Shown: positions 10,068 to 18,355, counted from the stretch's first letter. The stretch is DNA of 32,000 nucleotides from Vibrio alginolyticus NBRC 15630 = ATCC 17749 (GCF_000354175.2 NC_022359.1:360001-392000); one strand, 5' to 3'. Program-made: numbers and translations. The notes: generated by a model not told the origin, from the sequence alone.

Positions 10068-10490
10068 TTAAATCGCTTCGCCGTTTACCGTTACTGCTAC
10101 ATCAATGTTGCCACGAACTGCGTTTGAGTATGGGCAAACTTGGTGTGCAATGCGCGTTAGCTCTAGCGCTTGTTCTTGTGGCATGTCTAGCTCTACCGCT
10201 AGGCTCACTGTTAATGCAAAGCCGCCGTTATCGTTCGGACCAATGCCCACTTCCGCTGTTACGGGTGCACTTTTCAGGTTTACTTTACCTTCACGAGCTA
10301 CATGCAGAATCGCGTTAGAAAAACATGCCGAATAACCCGCTGCAAAAAGCTGTTCTGGGTTAGTTGCTGCGCCTGTGCCGCCCATTTCCTTCGGGTATGA
10401 CAGCTCTAGATCGAGAAGACCGTCATCAGTTTTTACTTGACCATCACGACCAGCCAAAGCGGTAGCTTGAGTTTTGTATAGAGTAGTCAT
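10068..10490 (-). CDS. ohr: organic hydroperoxide resistance protein Ohr (OsmC family)
   Basis: 140 aa. Both catalytic Cys contexts are present (GYSACFSNA and QVCPYSNA). Divergent from an OhrR-type gene. Confidence 0.92.
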   Translation of the reverse strand: MTTLYKTQATALAGRDGQVKTDDGLLDLELSYPKEMGGTGAATNPEQLFAAGYSACFSNAILHVAREGKVNLKSAPVTAEVGIGPNDNGGFALTVSLAVELDMPQEQALELTRIAHQVCPYSNAVRGNIDVAVTVNGEAI

Positions 10491-10513
10491 GCGAGTGTCC
10501 TTCTTAATTTAAG

Positions 10514-10538
10514 TTGCTCACAATTTAATTGCTTGCAA
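10514..10538. promoter_or_regulatory. candidate OhrR operator 1
   Basis: TTGC-tca-CAATT-T-AATTG-ctt-GCAA. The core CAATTTAATTG closely resembles the B. subtilis OhrR box TACAATTAAATTGTA. Lies in the ohr-ohrR divergent spacer. Confidence 0.55.
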
Positions 10539-10571
10539 TCTTATATCGAAGTAAAGATCGTTTGCAACTAT

Positions 10572-10583
10572 ATTGTGCACAAT
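10572..10583. promoter_or_regulatory. candidate OhrR operator 2 (perfect 12-bp palindrome ATTGTGCACAAT)
   Basis: Perfect palindrome carrying ACAAT/ATTGT half sites in the same spacer. Confidence 0.4.
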
Positions 10584-10627
10584 TTATTTTATGACTCTCT
10601 TTCCCTGTGAGCAGGTAGGCAACGCCA

Positions 10628-11086
10628 ATGAGCCAGTGTTACACCGACAACACCATGACCGACGACGATAAACTCTTACTCGAAAACCAAGTCTGCTTCC
10701 CGCTCTACAGCGCAGCAAATGCAGTGATCCGAGCGTACCGCCCGTTGCTGGACGAGCTTGATCTGACTTATTCGCAGTACTTAGTGATGATGGTGTTGTG
10801 GGAGAAAGATGGTGCCAGTGTGAAAGAGTTGGGGTCACAACTGCATTTGGACTCAGGCACACTCACACCGCTGCTTAAACGCTTAGAAGCAAAAGGCTAT
10901 GTAGAGCGTGGTCGCAGTGAAACCGATGAACGCGTTCGCGTACTCAACCTAACCAAGCAAGGTCGTGACCTTAAAGAACAAGCTAAGTCGGTGCCAAATG
11001 CCATGATGTGTAAAATCACATTAGAGCTGGATGAAATGATCATGCTGAAGAAGCTGTGCGGCAAAGTGCTCGACAATCTGAGCTAA
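10628..11086 (+). CDS. ohrR: MarR-family organic peroxide sensor/repressor OhrR (2-Cys type)
   Basis: N-terminal LENQVCFPLYSA with the sensing Cys, winged-helix core LDSGTLTPLLKRLEAKGYV, and a second Cys near the C-terminus (AMMCKI). RBS AGGTAGG. Confidence 0.88.
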   Translation: MSQCYTDNTMTDDDKLLLENQVCFPLYSAANAVIRAYRPLLDELDLTYSQYLVMMVLWEKDGASVKELGSQLHLDSGTLTPLLKRLEAKGYVERGRSETDERVRVLNLTKQGRDLKEQAKSVPNAMMCKITLELDEMIMLKKLCGKVLDNLS

Positions 11087-11125
11087 CAAGATAGAAGCAT
11101 CCGCTTCACCACTTCCTATTAGAAA

Positions 11126-11147
11126 GAGCCTGCCGAGATGCAGGCTC
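11126..11147 (+). terminator. terminator-like hairpin after ohrR
   Basis: Stem GAGCCTGC/GCAGGCTC with a 6-nt loop, followed only by a weak T-rich tract (CTTCGATCTT). Confidence 0.45.
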
Positions 11148-11272
11148 CTTCGATCTTAGTTAGACGATCTACTCAAAGTAATCATCGGTATTCTCTATTG
11201 CTAATCTGCCTTTATCTTCAATAAAACCTATCAAAGCAAACTCATCTACATCGGATATGCCTATCAAGTGAA

Positions 11273-11309
11273 ATAGGAAATGGCTATCAATAGGATAGTT
11301 ACAAGCGAT
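11273..11309. promoter_or_regulatory. candidate OxyR binding site upstream of ahpC
   Basis: ATAG-N7-CTAT-N7-ATAG-N7-CGAT matches the OxyR tetranucleotide consensus ATAGnt-N5-anCTAT repeated at 15 of 16 core positions. A TATACT -10-like hexamer lies about 25 nt downstream. Confidence 0.6.
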
Positions 11310-11391
11310 TTTCCTTAAACACACTCCGATGAGAATATACTTTCCGAAAGCAACAACAGCTCAGCTTAAAACATTCAAAGGAAAGTAAATT

Positions 11392-11949
11392 ATGATTAAT
11401 ACTCAAATCAAACCATTTGCAGCTACAGCGTACAAAAACGGTGAATTCGTTGAAGTAACAGAACAAGACGTTCTAGGTAAATGGGCAGTATTCTTCTTCT
11501 ACCCAGCAGACTTTACGTTTGTATGTCCAACAGAACTGGGCGACCTAGCAGACCACTACGAAGAGCTACAAAAACGTGGCGTAGAAGTTTACTCAGTATC
11601 AACTGACACACACTTCACTCACAAAGCATGGCACGACAGCTCAGACACAATCGGTAAGATTCAGTACTACATGCTTGGCGACCAAACAGGCAACATCACA
11701 AACAACTTCGGTGTGATGCGTGAAGGTCAGGGTCTTGCAGACCGTGCAACGTTCCTAATCGACCCAGAAGGTACTATCCAAGCAATGGAAATCACTGCTG
11801 AAGGTATCGGTCGTGACGCAGAAGACCTACTACGCAAAGTGAAAGCAGCTCAATACGTAGCAGCACACCCAGGCGAAGTTTGCCCAGCTAAATGGAAAGA
11901 AGGTGAAGAGACACTAGCTCCATCACTAGACCTAGTTGGCAAAATCTAA
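11392..11949 (+). CDS. ahpC: alkyl hydroperoxide reductase subunit C (2-Cys peroxiredoxin)
   Basis: 185 aa. Peroxidatic FTFVCPTEL and resolving EVCPAKW motifs. RBS AAAGGAAAG. Strongly biased codon use. Confidence 0.96.
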   Translation: MINTQIKPFAATAYKNGEFVEVTEQDVLGKWAVFFFYPADFTFVCPTELGDLADHYEELQKRGVEVYSVSTDTHFTHKAWHDSSDTIGKIQYYMLGDQTGNITNNFGVMREGQGLADRATFLIDPEGTIQAMEITAEGIGRDAEDLLRKVKAAQYVAAHPGEVCPAKWKEGEETLAPSLDLVGKI

Positions 11950-11963
11950 GCCACTGAAATTTA

Positions 11964-12003
11964 AGTTCTAATCAGTTCCGATTTCCTTTTTCTGATTAGA
12001 ACT
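11964..12003 (+). other. 12-bp-stem hairpin in the ahpC-ahpF spacer
   Basis: AGTTCTAATCAG / CTGATTAGAACT with a 16-nt loop, 15 nt after the ahpC stop. No T-run follows. Confidence 0.55.
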
Positions 12004-12136
12004 GAATTAGAGAGCACTTCAGGTTAGATACCTTGACGACCTTCTGCCTGATTTGCTCTCTCCCCCTCAGGTTTTATCTACAGTAACCACTTTTTATTAC
12101 CTATCTGAATAAGTAGGTGTGCAGTAATTGCGTAGA

Positions 12137-12219
12137 AAAAATCGTTTAGAACCAGGCATAGATTTTCGATAGCTAGTTCCTCTAACTACAAAATCTATAA
12201 CGCAGTTATCAACGATTTT
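12137..12219 (+). other. nested inverted repeats upstream of ahpF
   Basis: Outer arms AAAATCGTT/AACGATTTT and inner arms ATAGATTTT/AAAATCTAT form a long imperfect hairpin. Confidence 0.4.
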
Positions 12220-12283
12220 AGCTAGCAAGAATGAACAAATACTTGTTTTGATTGGTAACTATTTAATTAAGGTAGTAACAACT

Positions 12284-13852
12284 ATGTTAGACCAAGCGAT
12301 CCAACAACAACTCAAACAATATCTGGCTAATGTAAAAGAAGAAGTTCGTTTAGTGGTTAGTCTAGATGAAAGCAAAGCATCGAATGACATTTTGTCTCTA
12401 GCGAACCAAATCGCAGAGATGAGCGACCTAATCACCGTTGAACGTGACGACAACGCAAGCGCACGTAAACCAGTGATGGCGGTAACTAACCCAGCAAAAG
12501 GCACAGCACTACGCTTTGCAGGCTTGCCAATGGGTCACGAATTTACCTCTCTAGTATTGGCACTGCTTCACTCTGGCGGTCACCCAATCAAACTAGAACC
12601 AGAAGTGATTGAGCAAATCGCAGCACTAGACAAAGATCTAGACGTAGAAATCTTCATTTCACTGTCGTGTCAAAACTGTCCGGACGTGGTTCAAGCGTTC
12701 AACATGATGGCGGCGATCAACCCGAAAGTAAAAGCAACCATGATCGACGGTGCACTCTTCCAAGATGAAGTGAAACAACGCGACATCATGGCCGTACCAA
12801 GCGTATTCGTGAACGGTGAGCTATTCGGTCAAGGCCGTATGTCTCTGACTGAAATCCTAAACAAAGTGGATGACGGCGCGAGCGAGAAAGCCGCGAAAGC
12901 ACTGAGCGAAAAAGACCCATACGATGTACTTGTTGTCGGCGGTGGTCCTGGTGGTAGCGCAGCTGCACTATACGCTGCTCGTAAAGGTATTCGTACTGGC
13001 GTTGTTGCTAAACGCTTTGGTGGTCAGGTTATGGACACCATGGCAATCGAGAACTTCATTTCGGTGAAACGCACTGAAGGTCCAAAACTAGCAACTGACC
13101 TAGCAGAACACCTAAAAGAATACGACGTAGACGTCGTGACTGAGCAACAAGCTGAGAAGCTAATGGGTGCAACACACACAGAAGACGGCTTGATTCACAT
13201 CCAACTTGAAAGCGGCGCAACGCTGAAGAGTAAGAGTGTCATCCTTAGCCCTGGTGCACGCTGGCGTGAAATGAACGTTCCGGGTGAGCAAGAGTACCGC
13301 AACAAAGGCGTCGCGTACTGCCCACACTGTGACGGTCCACTGTTCAAAGGCAAAAAAACTGCGGTTATCGGTGGTGGTAACTCAGGCATCGAAGCAGCTA
13401 TCGACCTTGCTGGTATCGTAGAACACGTAACGGTTCTTGAATTCGCAGACGTACTTCGCGCAGACCAAGTGCTTATCGACAAAGCGAACTCACTACCAAA
13501 CGTAGACATCATCACGATGGCACAAACTACAGAAGTGGTGGGTGACGGTACTCGCGTAACAAGCTTGAAGTACAAAGACCGCAACACAGATGAAATCAAA
13601 GAGATTGAACTGTCAGGTATCTTTGTTCAAATCGGTCTAGTACCGAACACAGAATGGCTAAAAGATTCAGAAGTAGCGCTATCTGAGCGCGGCGAAATCG
13701 AAGTCGGTAGCCGTGGCGATACTAGCCTAGAAGGTGTGTTCGCAGCGGGTGACGCAACAACCGTTCCTTACAAACAGATCATCATTGCGATGGGTGAAGG
13801 TGCAAAAGCAAGCTTAGGCGCATTTGACTACCTAATCCGTAAGCAAGGCTAA
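12284..13852 (+). CDS. ahpF: alkyl hydroperoxide reductase subunit F
   Basis: ATG at 12284 ([14 protein letters not shown]..., RBS AAGGTAG) gives 522 aa. Contains N-terminal CQNC and flavoprotein CPHC redox centres and a [20 protein letters not shown] fold. The tracked TTG at 12248 is probably an over-extension. Confidence 0.95.
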   Translation: MLDQAIQQQLKQYLANVKEEVRLVVSLDESKASNDILSLANQIAEMSDLITVERDDNASARKPVMAVTNPAKGTALRFAGLPMGHEFTSLVLALLHSGGHPIKLEPEVIEQIAALDKDLDVEIFISLSCQNCPDVVQAFNMMAAINPKVKATMIDGALFQDEVKQRDIMAVPSVFVNGELFGQGRMSLTEILNKVDDGASEKAAKALSEKDPYDVLVVGGGPGGSAAALYAARKGIRTGVVAKRFGGQVMDTMAIENFISVKRTEGPKLATDLAEHLKEYDVDVVTEQQAEKLMGATHTEDGLIHIQLESGATLKSKSVILSPGARWREMNVPGEQEYRNKGVAYCPHCDGPLFKGKKTAVIGGGNSGIEAAIDLAGIVEHVTVLEFADVLRADQVLIDKANSLPNVDIITMAQTTEVVGDGTRVTSLKYKDRNTDEIKEIELSGIFVQIGLVPNTEWLKDSEVALSERGEIEVGSRGDTSLEGVFAAGDATTVPYKQIIIAMGEGAKASLGAFDYLIRKQG

Positions 13853-13978
13853 TCTCCAATTTCTTGAGCACAAAGCGCACGGTGCTGTGTTTTCTTCCCC
13901 GGAAAACCAATCGGGGCACCGTGACAGCGATGAGTAACAAGAAATAAAATCAAAAAAACCTAGAAGCCCAAAGACTTT

Positions 13979-14007
13979 GCCAGCAGGTATTAACTGCTGG
14001 CTTTTTT
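13979..14007 (+). terminator. Rho-independent terminator of ahpF
   Basis: Stem GCCAGCAG/CTGCTGGC with a 7-nt loop, then TTTTTT. Confidence 0.8.
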
Positions 14008-14039
14008 GGTTTGGGGAGAGGTGTAAGCAAATCCCTCAG

Positions 14040-14360
14040 CGCTCCGAGTTCAAACTGGAGGGAATGGCTCTACAATCACGGATAATTCAGTTCACTCCAC
14101 CAGCATCACAACGCGCTGCGAATAGATTCTGAATACTCGCTTAGGCTCCTTCAGAATGACGCTGTTCGTTTAGCGTTCTCTCCCCGTCATTCCCGCGAAC
14201 CTAGGTGAGACTGGGAATCTACTCACCGTAAACTCGATCGAAAATGAGTAGCACGAACAAACAAAAGGTGAAAGAAGGTTGCAAACACCTTACCCAACAT
14301 TCAACCTCAAACCAGCAACCCCACCTAACCTCCCCTTGTATCAAACTCCGAAGCTCTCAA
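14040..14360. repeat. tandem repeat unit A (about 321 bp) with structured core 14123-14251
   Basis: Aligns head-to-tail with 14361-14680. Offset is 321 in the 5' part and exactly 320 from 14123 onward. Confidence 0.85.
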
Positions 14361-14680
14361 CACGCAGAGCTCAAAAGGGAGGAACTGGTTCTGTGCTCGC
14401 GGATAATTCAATTCACAACGCAACATAACAACACACTGAAAGTAGATTCTGAATACTCGCTTAGGCTCCTTCAGAATGACGCTGTCCGTTTAGCGTTCTC
14501 TTCCCGTCATTCCCGCGAACCTAGGTGAGACTGGGAATCTACTCACCACAAACTCGCTCGAAAATGATTAGCACGAATAAACAAAGGGTGAAACAAGGTT
14601 GCAAGCCCCTAACCCAGCTCTCAGATTCAAAGCACCAAACCCACCGAATCTCTCAATGTATCCAGATCCAAAGATATCAA
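14361..14680. repeat. tandem repeat unit B (320 bp) with structured core 14443-14571
   Basis: Core 14443-14547 differs from 14123-14227 at 2 of 105 positions. Flanks are much more diverged (27/41 and 49/70 matches counted by eye). Confidence 0.85.
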
Positions 14681-14707
14681 TCCTAAAAAATTTTAAAAAA
14701 GCCCTTT

Positions 14708-14730
14708 ACCTCAACTTTACTTGAGGTTTT
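14708..14730 (+). terminator. terminator-like hairpin just upstream of the VOC gene
   Basis: Stem ACCTCAA/TTGAGGT with a 6-nt loop, running into TTTT. Ends 45 nt before the ATG at 14775. Confidence 0.45.
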
Positions 14731-14774
14731 AGCATATTCATCGTTGGCTAGAAAATGACAAAAAGGAGCACATC

Positions 14775-15194
14775 ATGATCCAACTAGAACATATTAACTT
14801 AGTCGTGAAAGATATCCCTGAAATGCTGAAGTTTTACCAAACTGCATTTCCACATTGGTACGTGCGTGATGAAGGTAAAGGCGAATGGAGTGGCAAACCA
14901 AGAAACTGGCTACATTTTGGCGACGAGTATCAATACATAGCCATGAGTGACCATGGCGAAGGAGAAAACCGCGAGTTGAGCGGGCACCAAGTTGGGCTAG
15001 CGCATTTTGCTTATGTGACCAACAACGTCGATGCAATCATCAAAAGACTAACCGATGCAGGTTATCCGATTGCCCAACCTGGTGCTGATGAACCATATCG
15101 CAAAAATGTGTATTTTGTTGACCCTGCAGGTTTTGAGATTGAATTTGTTGAATACCTGGCGGATGACCCAAAACTTCGTAACCTGACAAGCTAA
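14775..15194 (+). CDS. VOC (glyoxalase/bleomycin-resistance/dioxygenase) family protein
   Basis: 139 aa. N-terminal LEHINLVVKDI beta-alpha-beta-beta-beta signature. RBS AAGGAG. Confidence 0.85.
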   Translation: MIQLEHINLVVKDIPEMLKFYQTAFPHWYVRDEGKGEWSGKPRNWLHFGDEYQYIAMSDHGEGENRELSGHQVGLAHFAYVTNNVDAIIKRLTDAGYPIAQPGADEPYRKNVYFVDPAGFEIEFVEYLADDPKLRNLTS

Positions 15195-15210
15195 AAGAGA
15201 TGTAAATAAC

Positions 15211-15249
15211 AAAAACGCCAGCAGATAGTGACTGCTGGCGTTTTATTTT
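15211..15249. terminator. bidirectional terminator
   Basis: A-run, stem CGCCAGCAG/CTGCTGGCG with a 7-nt loop, then TTTTATTTT. Confidence 0.85.
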
Positions 15250-15267
15250 ATCTATCAGGCTTCTGCA

Positions 15268-15807
15268 TTAGCGCTGTTTGGCAAAAACCTGAGTCCAGTA
15301 ATACCCGTAGCGTGCAGAGTGATTTTCGACAAGCGACGCGCCCATCTGATCAAAATCCGCACTCATGATATTAAGGCAGTGACCTTCACTCGATAACCAA
15401 GCATTAACGACGGCGTTAATGCTGCTTTGCCCTACGGCGACATTCTCACCAATGGCGCTCCAAGCATAGCCCGTTGCGTTAACTCGATCTGACATTTTGC
15501 TGCCATCAGAGCCTGTGTGGCTCATGAAATCGCTGTTCGCCATGTCGCTTGAATGTCGATAAGCGGCGCTTTCCAAATCGTAGCTCCAAGTCAGGGCCCC
15601 AACAGGTGGCATGGTGGTTGCACCACACTGTTGTGTAGTAGAGCGGGCGCTGTTGACCGCTGCAAGCATCTGCTCGGCAAATGTGCCTTGTGACGATGTG
15701 GAACCTGTGTTTTGTGAGCCGCTTTCTGCTGGGGCTGACGACTCCCCATCGCCGCCACATGCGCTGAGAAGTAGGGCCAAAGCAGGCACTAAGATCTTAG
15801 TTGGCAT
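15268..15807 (-). CDS. CAP/SCP (PR-1-like, YkwD-type) domain lipoprotein
   Basis: ATG at 15807 with AGGAAAG RBS. Canonical lipobox LLLSAC. CAP motifs HSSDMANSDFMSHTG, GENVA, SEGHCLNIM. The tracked start at 15894 is an over-extension. Confidence 0.85.
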   Translation of the reverse strand: MPTKILVPALALLLSACGGDGESSAPAESGSQNTGSTSSQGTFAEQMLAAVNSARSTTQQCGATTMPPVGALTWSYDLESAAYRHSSDMANSDFMSHTGSDGSKMSDRVNATGYAWSAIGENVAVGQSSINAVVNAWLSSEGHCLNIMSADFDQMGASLVENHSARYGYYWTQVFAKQR

Positions 15808-15934
15808 TGTCTTTCCTTTATGAGTGACGAAGAGCAAACTGCGCTTTTCGATAATAACGCCCAATAAACTAACAAAAACCAATAAAAGCACCATATAGCT
15901 TAGGGGTTTTTAACCAAAGACTCACATGAAGTTT

Positions 15935-16891
15935 TCAATCGCCTTGGTTCGGTCGATAAATCGGCAACGTTTCAGCCCAAGTATGGAATGGCGTTTCATC
16001 CATATCCTGTATTGCTTGAGTGATAAAATCGATGAACACCCTCACTCGGGCAGGCACATATTCCCGGTTGGCATAGAGAAGATACACGCCATTTCCTGCT
16101 TGGCGCATGCTTGGAAATATCGGCACTAAACGCCCCGCTTTAAGCCAGTCTCTCGCGATAAAATGAGGAATCTGAGTTAATCCTAAGCCTTCTGCGCAAA
16201 GCTCTGCCATGGATTCACCGTCATTTACAATATAGTTTCTTTCGGGGTCATATTCACTCGCACCGTCTGGTTCTGGCATCCGAATCGGCAACAGTTTCCC
16301 CGTTTGTTTAAAACGAAAACGAACCCAAGAATGGTCATTGAATACATCCGGGCCACTCGGAACACCATGGCGCGCTAAGTAATCCTGACTGGCACAAATG
16401 ATAAAATCGATAGGGCTCAGCTGACGCACAATCAATTGACTATCGTGAACGACACCAGAGCGAATCGACACATCAATACCTTGCTCAATAATATCAACGT
16501 AGGCGTCATCGTAATGAATATCGATAGTGATGTTAGGGTAGCGGCGACAAAACTCTTTTAATAAAGGACGAATATAGAGGCGACCGTACGAGACTGGCAC
16601 ATTAATCTTAAGCTGCCCTGAAAGCGCATCATTGTGACTTTTTAATGAATCCTCACATGCCGCCAGCTCCTCCAGTACAAACCTAGCAGTATTTGCGTAC
16701 CTACGACCAGCTTCTGTCAGGCGGCTCTGTCGCGTAGAACGTTGAAAAAGCTGTATACCCAAATCGCTTTCAAGACGATGTATGGCTTTACTCACGGTCG
16801 AAGGGTCAGTGCCATACACTTTGGCAGCCGCAGCAAAACTACCGCCATCTAAAGTGGCAATAAAAAATCGTAGGGACCGTATCTTATCCAT
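15935..16891 (-). CDS. LysR family transcriptional regulator
   Basis: N-terminal HTH GSFAAAAKVYGTDPSTVSKAIHRLE plus a LysR substrate-binding domain. Divergent from the DJ-1/PfpI gene. Confidence 0.9.
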   Translation of the reverse strand: MDKIRSLRFFIATLDGGSFAAAAKVYGTDPSTVSKAIHRLESDLGIQLFQRSTRQSRLTEAGRRYANTARFVLEELAACEDSLKSHNDALSGQLKINVPVSYGRLYIRPLLKEFCRRYPNITIDIHYDDAYVDIIEQGIDVSIRSGVVHDSQLIVRQLSPIDFIICASQDYLARHGVPSGPDVFNDHSWVRFRFKQTGKLLPIRMPEPDGASEYDPERNYIVNDGESMAELCAEGLGLTQIPHFIARDWLKAGRLVPIFPSMRQAGNGVYLLYANREYVPARVRVFIDFITQAIQDMDETPFHTWAETLPIYRPNQGD

Positions 16892-16898
16892 ATAACCA

Positions 16899-16917
16899 AT
16901 GAACTCTATTCATGAAT
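16899..16917. promoter_or_regulatory. LysR-type T-N11-A box and overlapping palindromes
   Basis: ATGAA-ctcta-TTCAT contains TGAACTCTATTCA (T-N11-A). It overlaps the perfect palindrome ATTCATGAAT and lies 8 nt upstream of the LysR start. Confidence 0.45.
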
Positions 16918-17017
16918 TTTATTCACTTTAGTAAAGACAAACTGGCTCTTCAATCACTAATTAGCCTAAATATAATGAACCTCAATAACTTGATGCTCTG
17001 TTAACGAGGAAAAAACC

Positions 17018-17704
17018 ATGGGTAAAAACGGATTGAAGAATGCACTACAACTATTGATAGCGACACTAGTCCTATTCTTTGGGATGCTTCAAACAGCACA
17101 TGCCGCAGATAAACGAATTGGTATTCTGGTTTACGATGGCGTACTGACCTCTGATGTTACTGCTCCTTTAGAGGTTTTTGGCGTCGCAAGTCGTCTCACT
17201 TGGTTTAGTGATTATGACGTGCTCACCATTTCCGTCTCAGATCAGAAAACCATCACCACTGAAGAAGGATTAAAAATTGGTGTGGATGCTTGGATTGGTG
17301 ATCTGCCGGAACTCGACGTATTGGTTTTAACATCCAGCTATGACATGGATGCACTAATCGAAAATAAAGATCTCATTCACTTTATTAAAACTACCTCAAA
17401 GGCGGCAGATTGGATGGCAAGTAATTGCTCTGGCGCGTATTTGTTAGCCGAAGCTGGCCTTTTAAACGGCAAAAAAGCAACAACTTGGGCCGGAGGTGAA
17501 AACGGCTTTCAAAGAGATTACCCAGCAGTCAAAGTACAAGTCGACCAGAATTTTGTCATTGATGATGGCGTTATCACTTCGAACGGTAGCCTAGTTAGCT
17601 ATCAAGCTGCTCTTAAGCTACTTCACCTTATGACTTCAGAGTCTAAAGCTCAGGAAGTCGCAGATGCCATCCAGTACTCACGCTTTTCCAACCAACCATT
17701 TTAA
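17018..17704 (+). CDS. DJ-1/PfpI family protein with N-terminal signal peptide
   Basis: Hydrophobic N-terminus LLIATLVLFFGMLQTAHA-AD (AXA cleavage-like site). Nucleophile-elbow Cys in MASNCSGAYLLAEAGLL. Confidence 0.85.
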   Translation: MGKNGLKNALQLLIATLVLFFGMLQTAHAADKRIGILVYDGVLTSDVTAPLEVFGVASRLTWFSDYDVLTISVSDQKTITTEEGLKIGVDAWIGDLPELDVLVLTSSYDMDALIENKDLIHFIKTTSKAADWMASNCSGAYLLAEAGLLNGKKATTWAGGENGFQRDYPAVKVQVDQNFVIDDGVITSNGSLVSYQAALKLLHLMTSESKAQEVADAIQYSRFSNQPF

Positions 17705-17778
17705 GCGTGTAAGAAAGAAATCAGAGTCACCCTTCGATATTTGGAAGGTTAACTCTTCGAATTTGTCTTCCTAATCGA

Positions 17779-17819
17779 ACAACCCTTTTTATCACTGTAA
17801 AAGCGATAAAAAGGGTTGT
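17779..17819. repeat. 15-bp perfect inverted repeat (hairpin or operator) upstream of the ECF sigma gene
   Basis: AACAACCCTTTTTATC ... GATAAAAAGGGTTGT. Positions 17779-17793 pair with 17805-17819, with an 11-nt loop. No flanking T-run on either strand. Confidence 0.7.
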
Positions 17820-17869
17820 CGTTCATCTGGCAGACACAACGTGCTCTCCAAACTTTTTATCTTAATGCT

Positions 17870-18355
17870 ATGGAAAAACATAAACGTTACGAAGCACTGA
17901 CGAAAGATCGATACCAAGAGATTTACCGTCTCGCGTATTGGTTATGCAAAGATCACCACCTTGCTCAAGATTTAGCGCAAGAAACCTTTCTGAAAGCGTG
18001 GCGATTCTTTGATAAATTAAATGACCCCAACGCCGCGAAGTCTTGGCTCATTACTATTTTGCGTCGTGAGAATGCTCGGCGCTTTGATAGAAAACAGTAC
18101 GATTTTGTCGACATTGATGAGTGTGCAATACAGACAAAAACCTACCCTGGCAGTGACTACGACATGGCCCAAGATTGGCTTCAAAAACAAATGATGATTC
18201 TCGAACCCAAATACCGAGAGCCGTTGCTCTTGAGCTTAGTGGCTGGGTTGAATCATGATGAAATTGCCCAAGCCTTGAGGCTCAACCACAACACAGTGGC
18301 GACTCGATTATTCAGAGCGCGTAATCAGATCATCGCACAGAAGGAGAGTCATTAA
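17870..18355 (+). CDS. ECF-type sigma-70 family RNA polymerase sigma factor
   Basis: Region 2 (YRLAYWLCKDHHLAQDLAQETFLKAW) and region 4 HTH (HDEIAQALRLNHNTVATRLFRARNQI). ATG at 17870 preferred over the tracked TTG at 17816. RBS is weak. Confidence 0.82.
   Translation: MEKHKRYEALTKDRYQEIYRLAYWLCKDHHLAQDLAQETFLKAWRFFDKLNDPNAAKSWLITILRRENARRFDRKQYDFVDIDECAIQTKTYPGSDYDMAQDWLQKQMMILEPKYREPLLLSLVAGLNHDEIAQALRLNHNTVATRLFRARNQIIAQKESH

Noticed and set aside
13195-13599. 134-aa antisense ORF inside ahpF, plus similar antisense or overlapping ORFs inside ohr, the ABC genes, the U32 gene, the helicase gene and others.
   Set aside because: All lie fully within strongly supported genes on the opposite strand or in another frame, and their products have no recognisable motifs. 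These are typical shadow ORFs.
14141-14160. Resemblance of TTAGGCTCCTTCAGAATGAC to the ERIC/IRU terminal sequence GTAAGCTCCTGGGGATTCAC.
   Set aside because: Only 13 of 20 positions match my recollection of the consensus, and the rest of the unit does not follow ERIC architecture. This is too weak to call and is left as something to check by alignment.
14386-14400. Sigma-54-like spacing TGG-N9-TCGC (GG-N10-GC) in repeat unit B, which would suggest Qrr-like sRNA promoters.
   Set aside because: The -12 element is poor (CTCGC against TTGCA). The equivalent site in unit A (14065-14079) has AC instead of GC. The downstream sequence has no resemblance to Qrr sRNAs.
14244-14528. 94-aa ORF spanning the junction of the two tandem repeat units. 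Unit B retains a parallel 40-codon ORF (MISTNKQRVKQGCK...).
   Set aside because: No RBS precedes either ATG. The product is low-complexity. Codon-by-codon comparison of the two copies gave about 5 synonymous against about 17 non-synonymous differences, close to neutral. The ORF runs through the hairpin-rich core. It is most likely an artefact of the repeat.
13853-14774. Possibility that the repeat region is an integron attC/VCR-type array or a CRISPR array.
   Set aside because: There are only two long units with no spacer-repeat alternation. I could find no GTTRRRY / RYYYAAC boundary motifs. There is no integrase or cas gene in the window.
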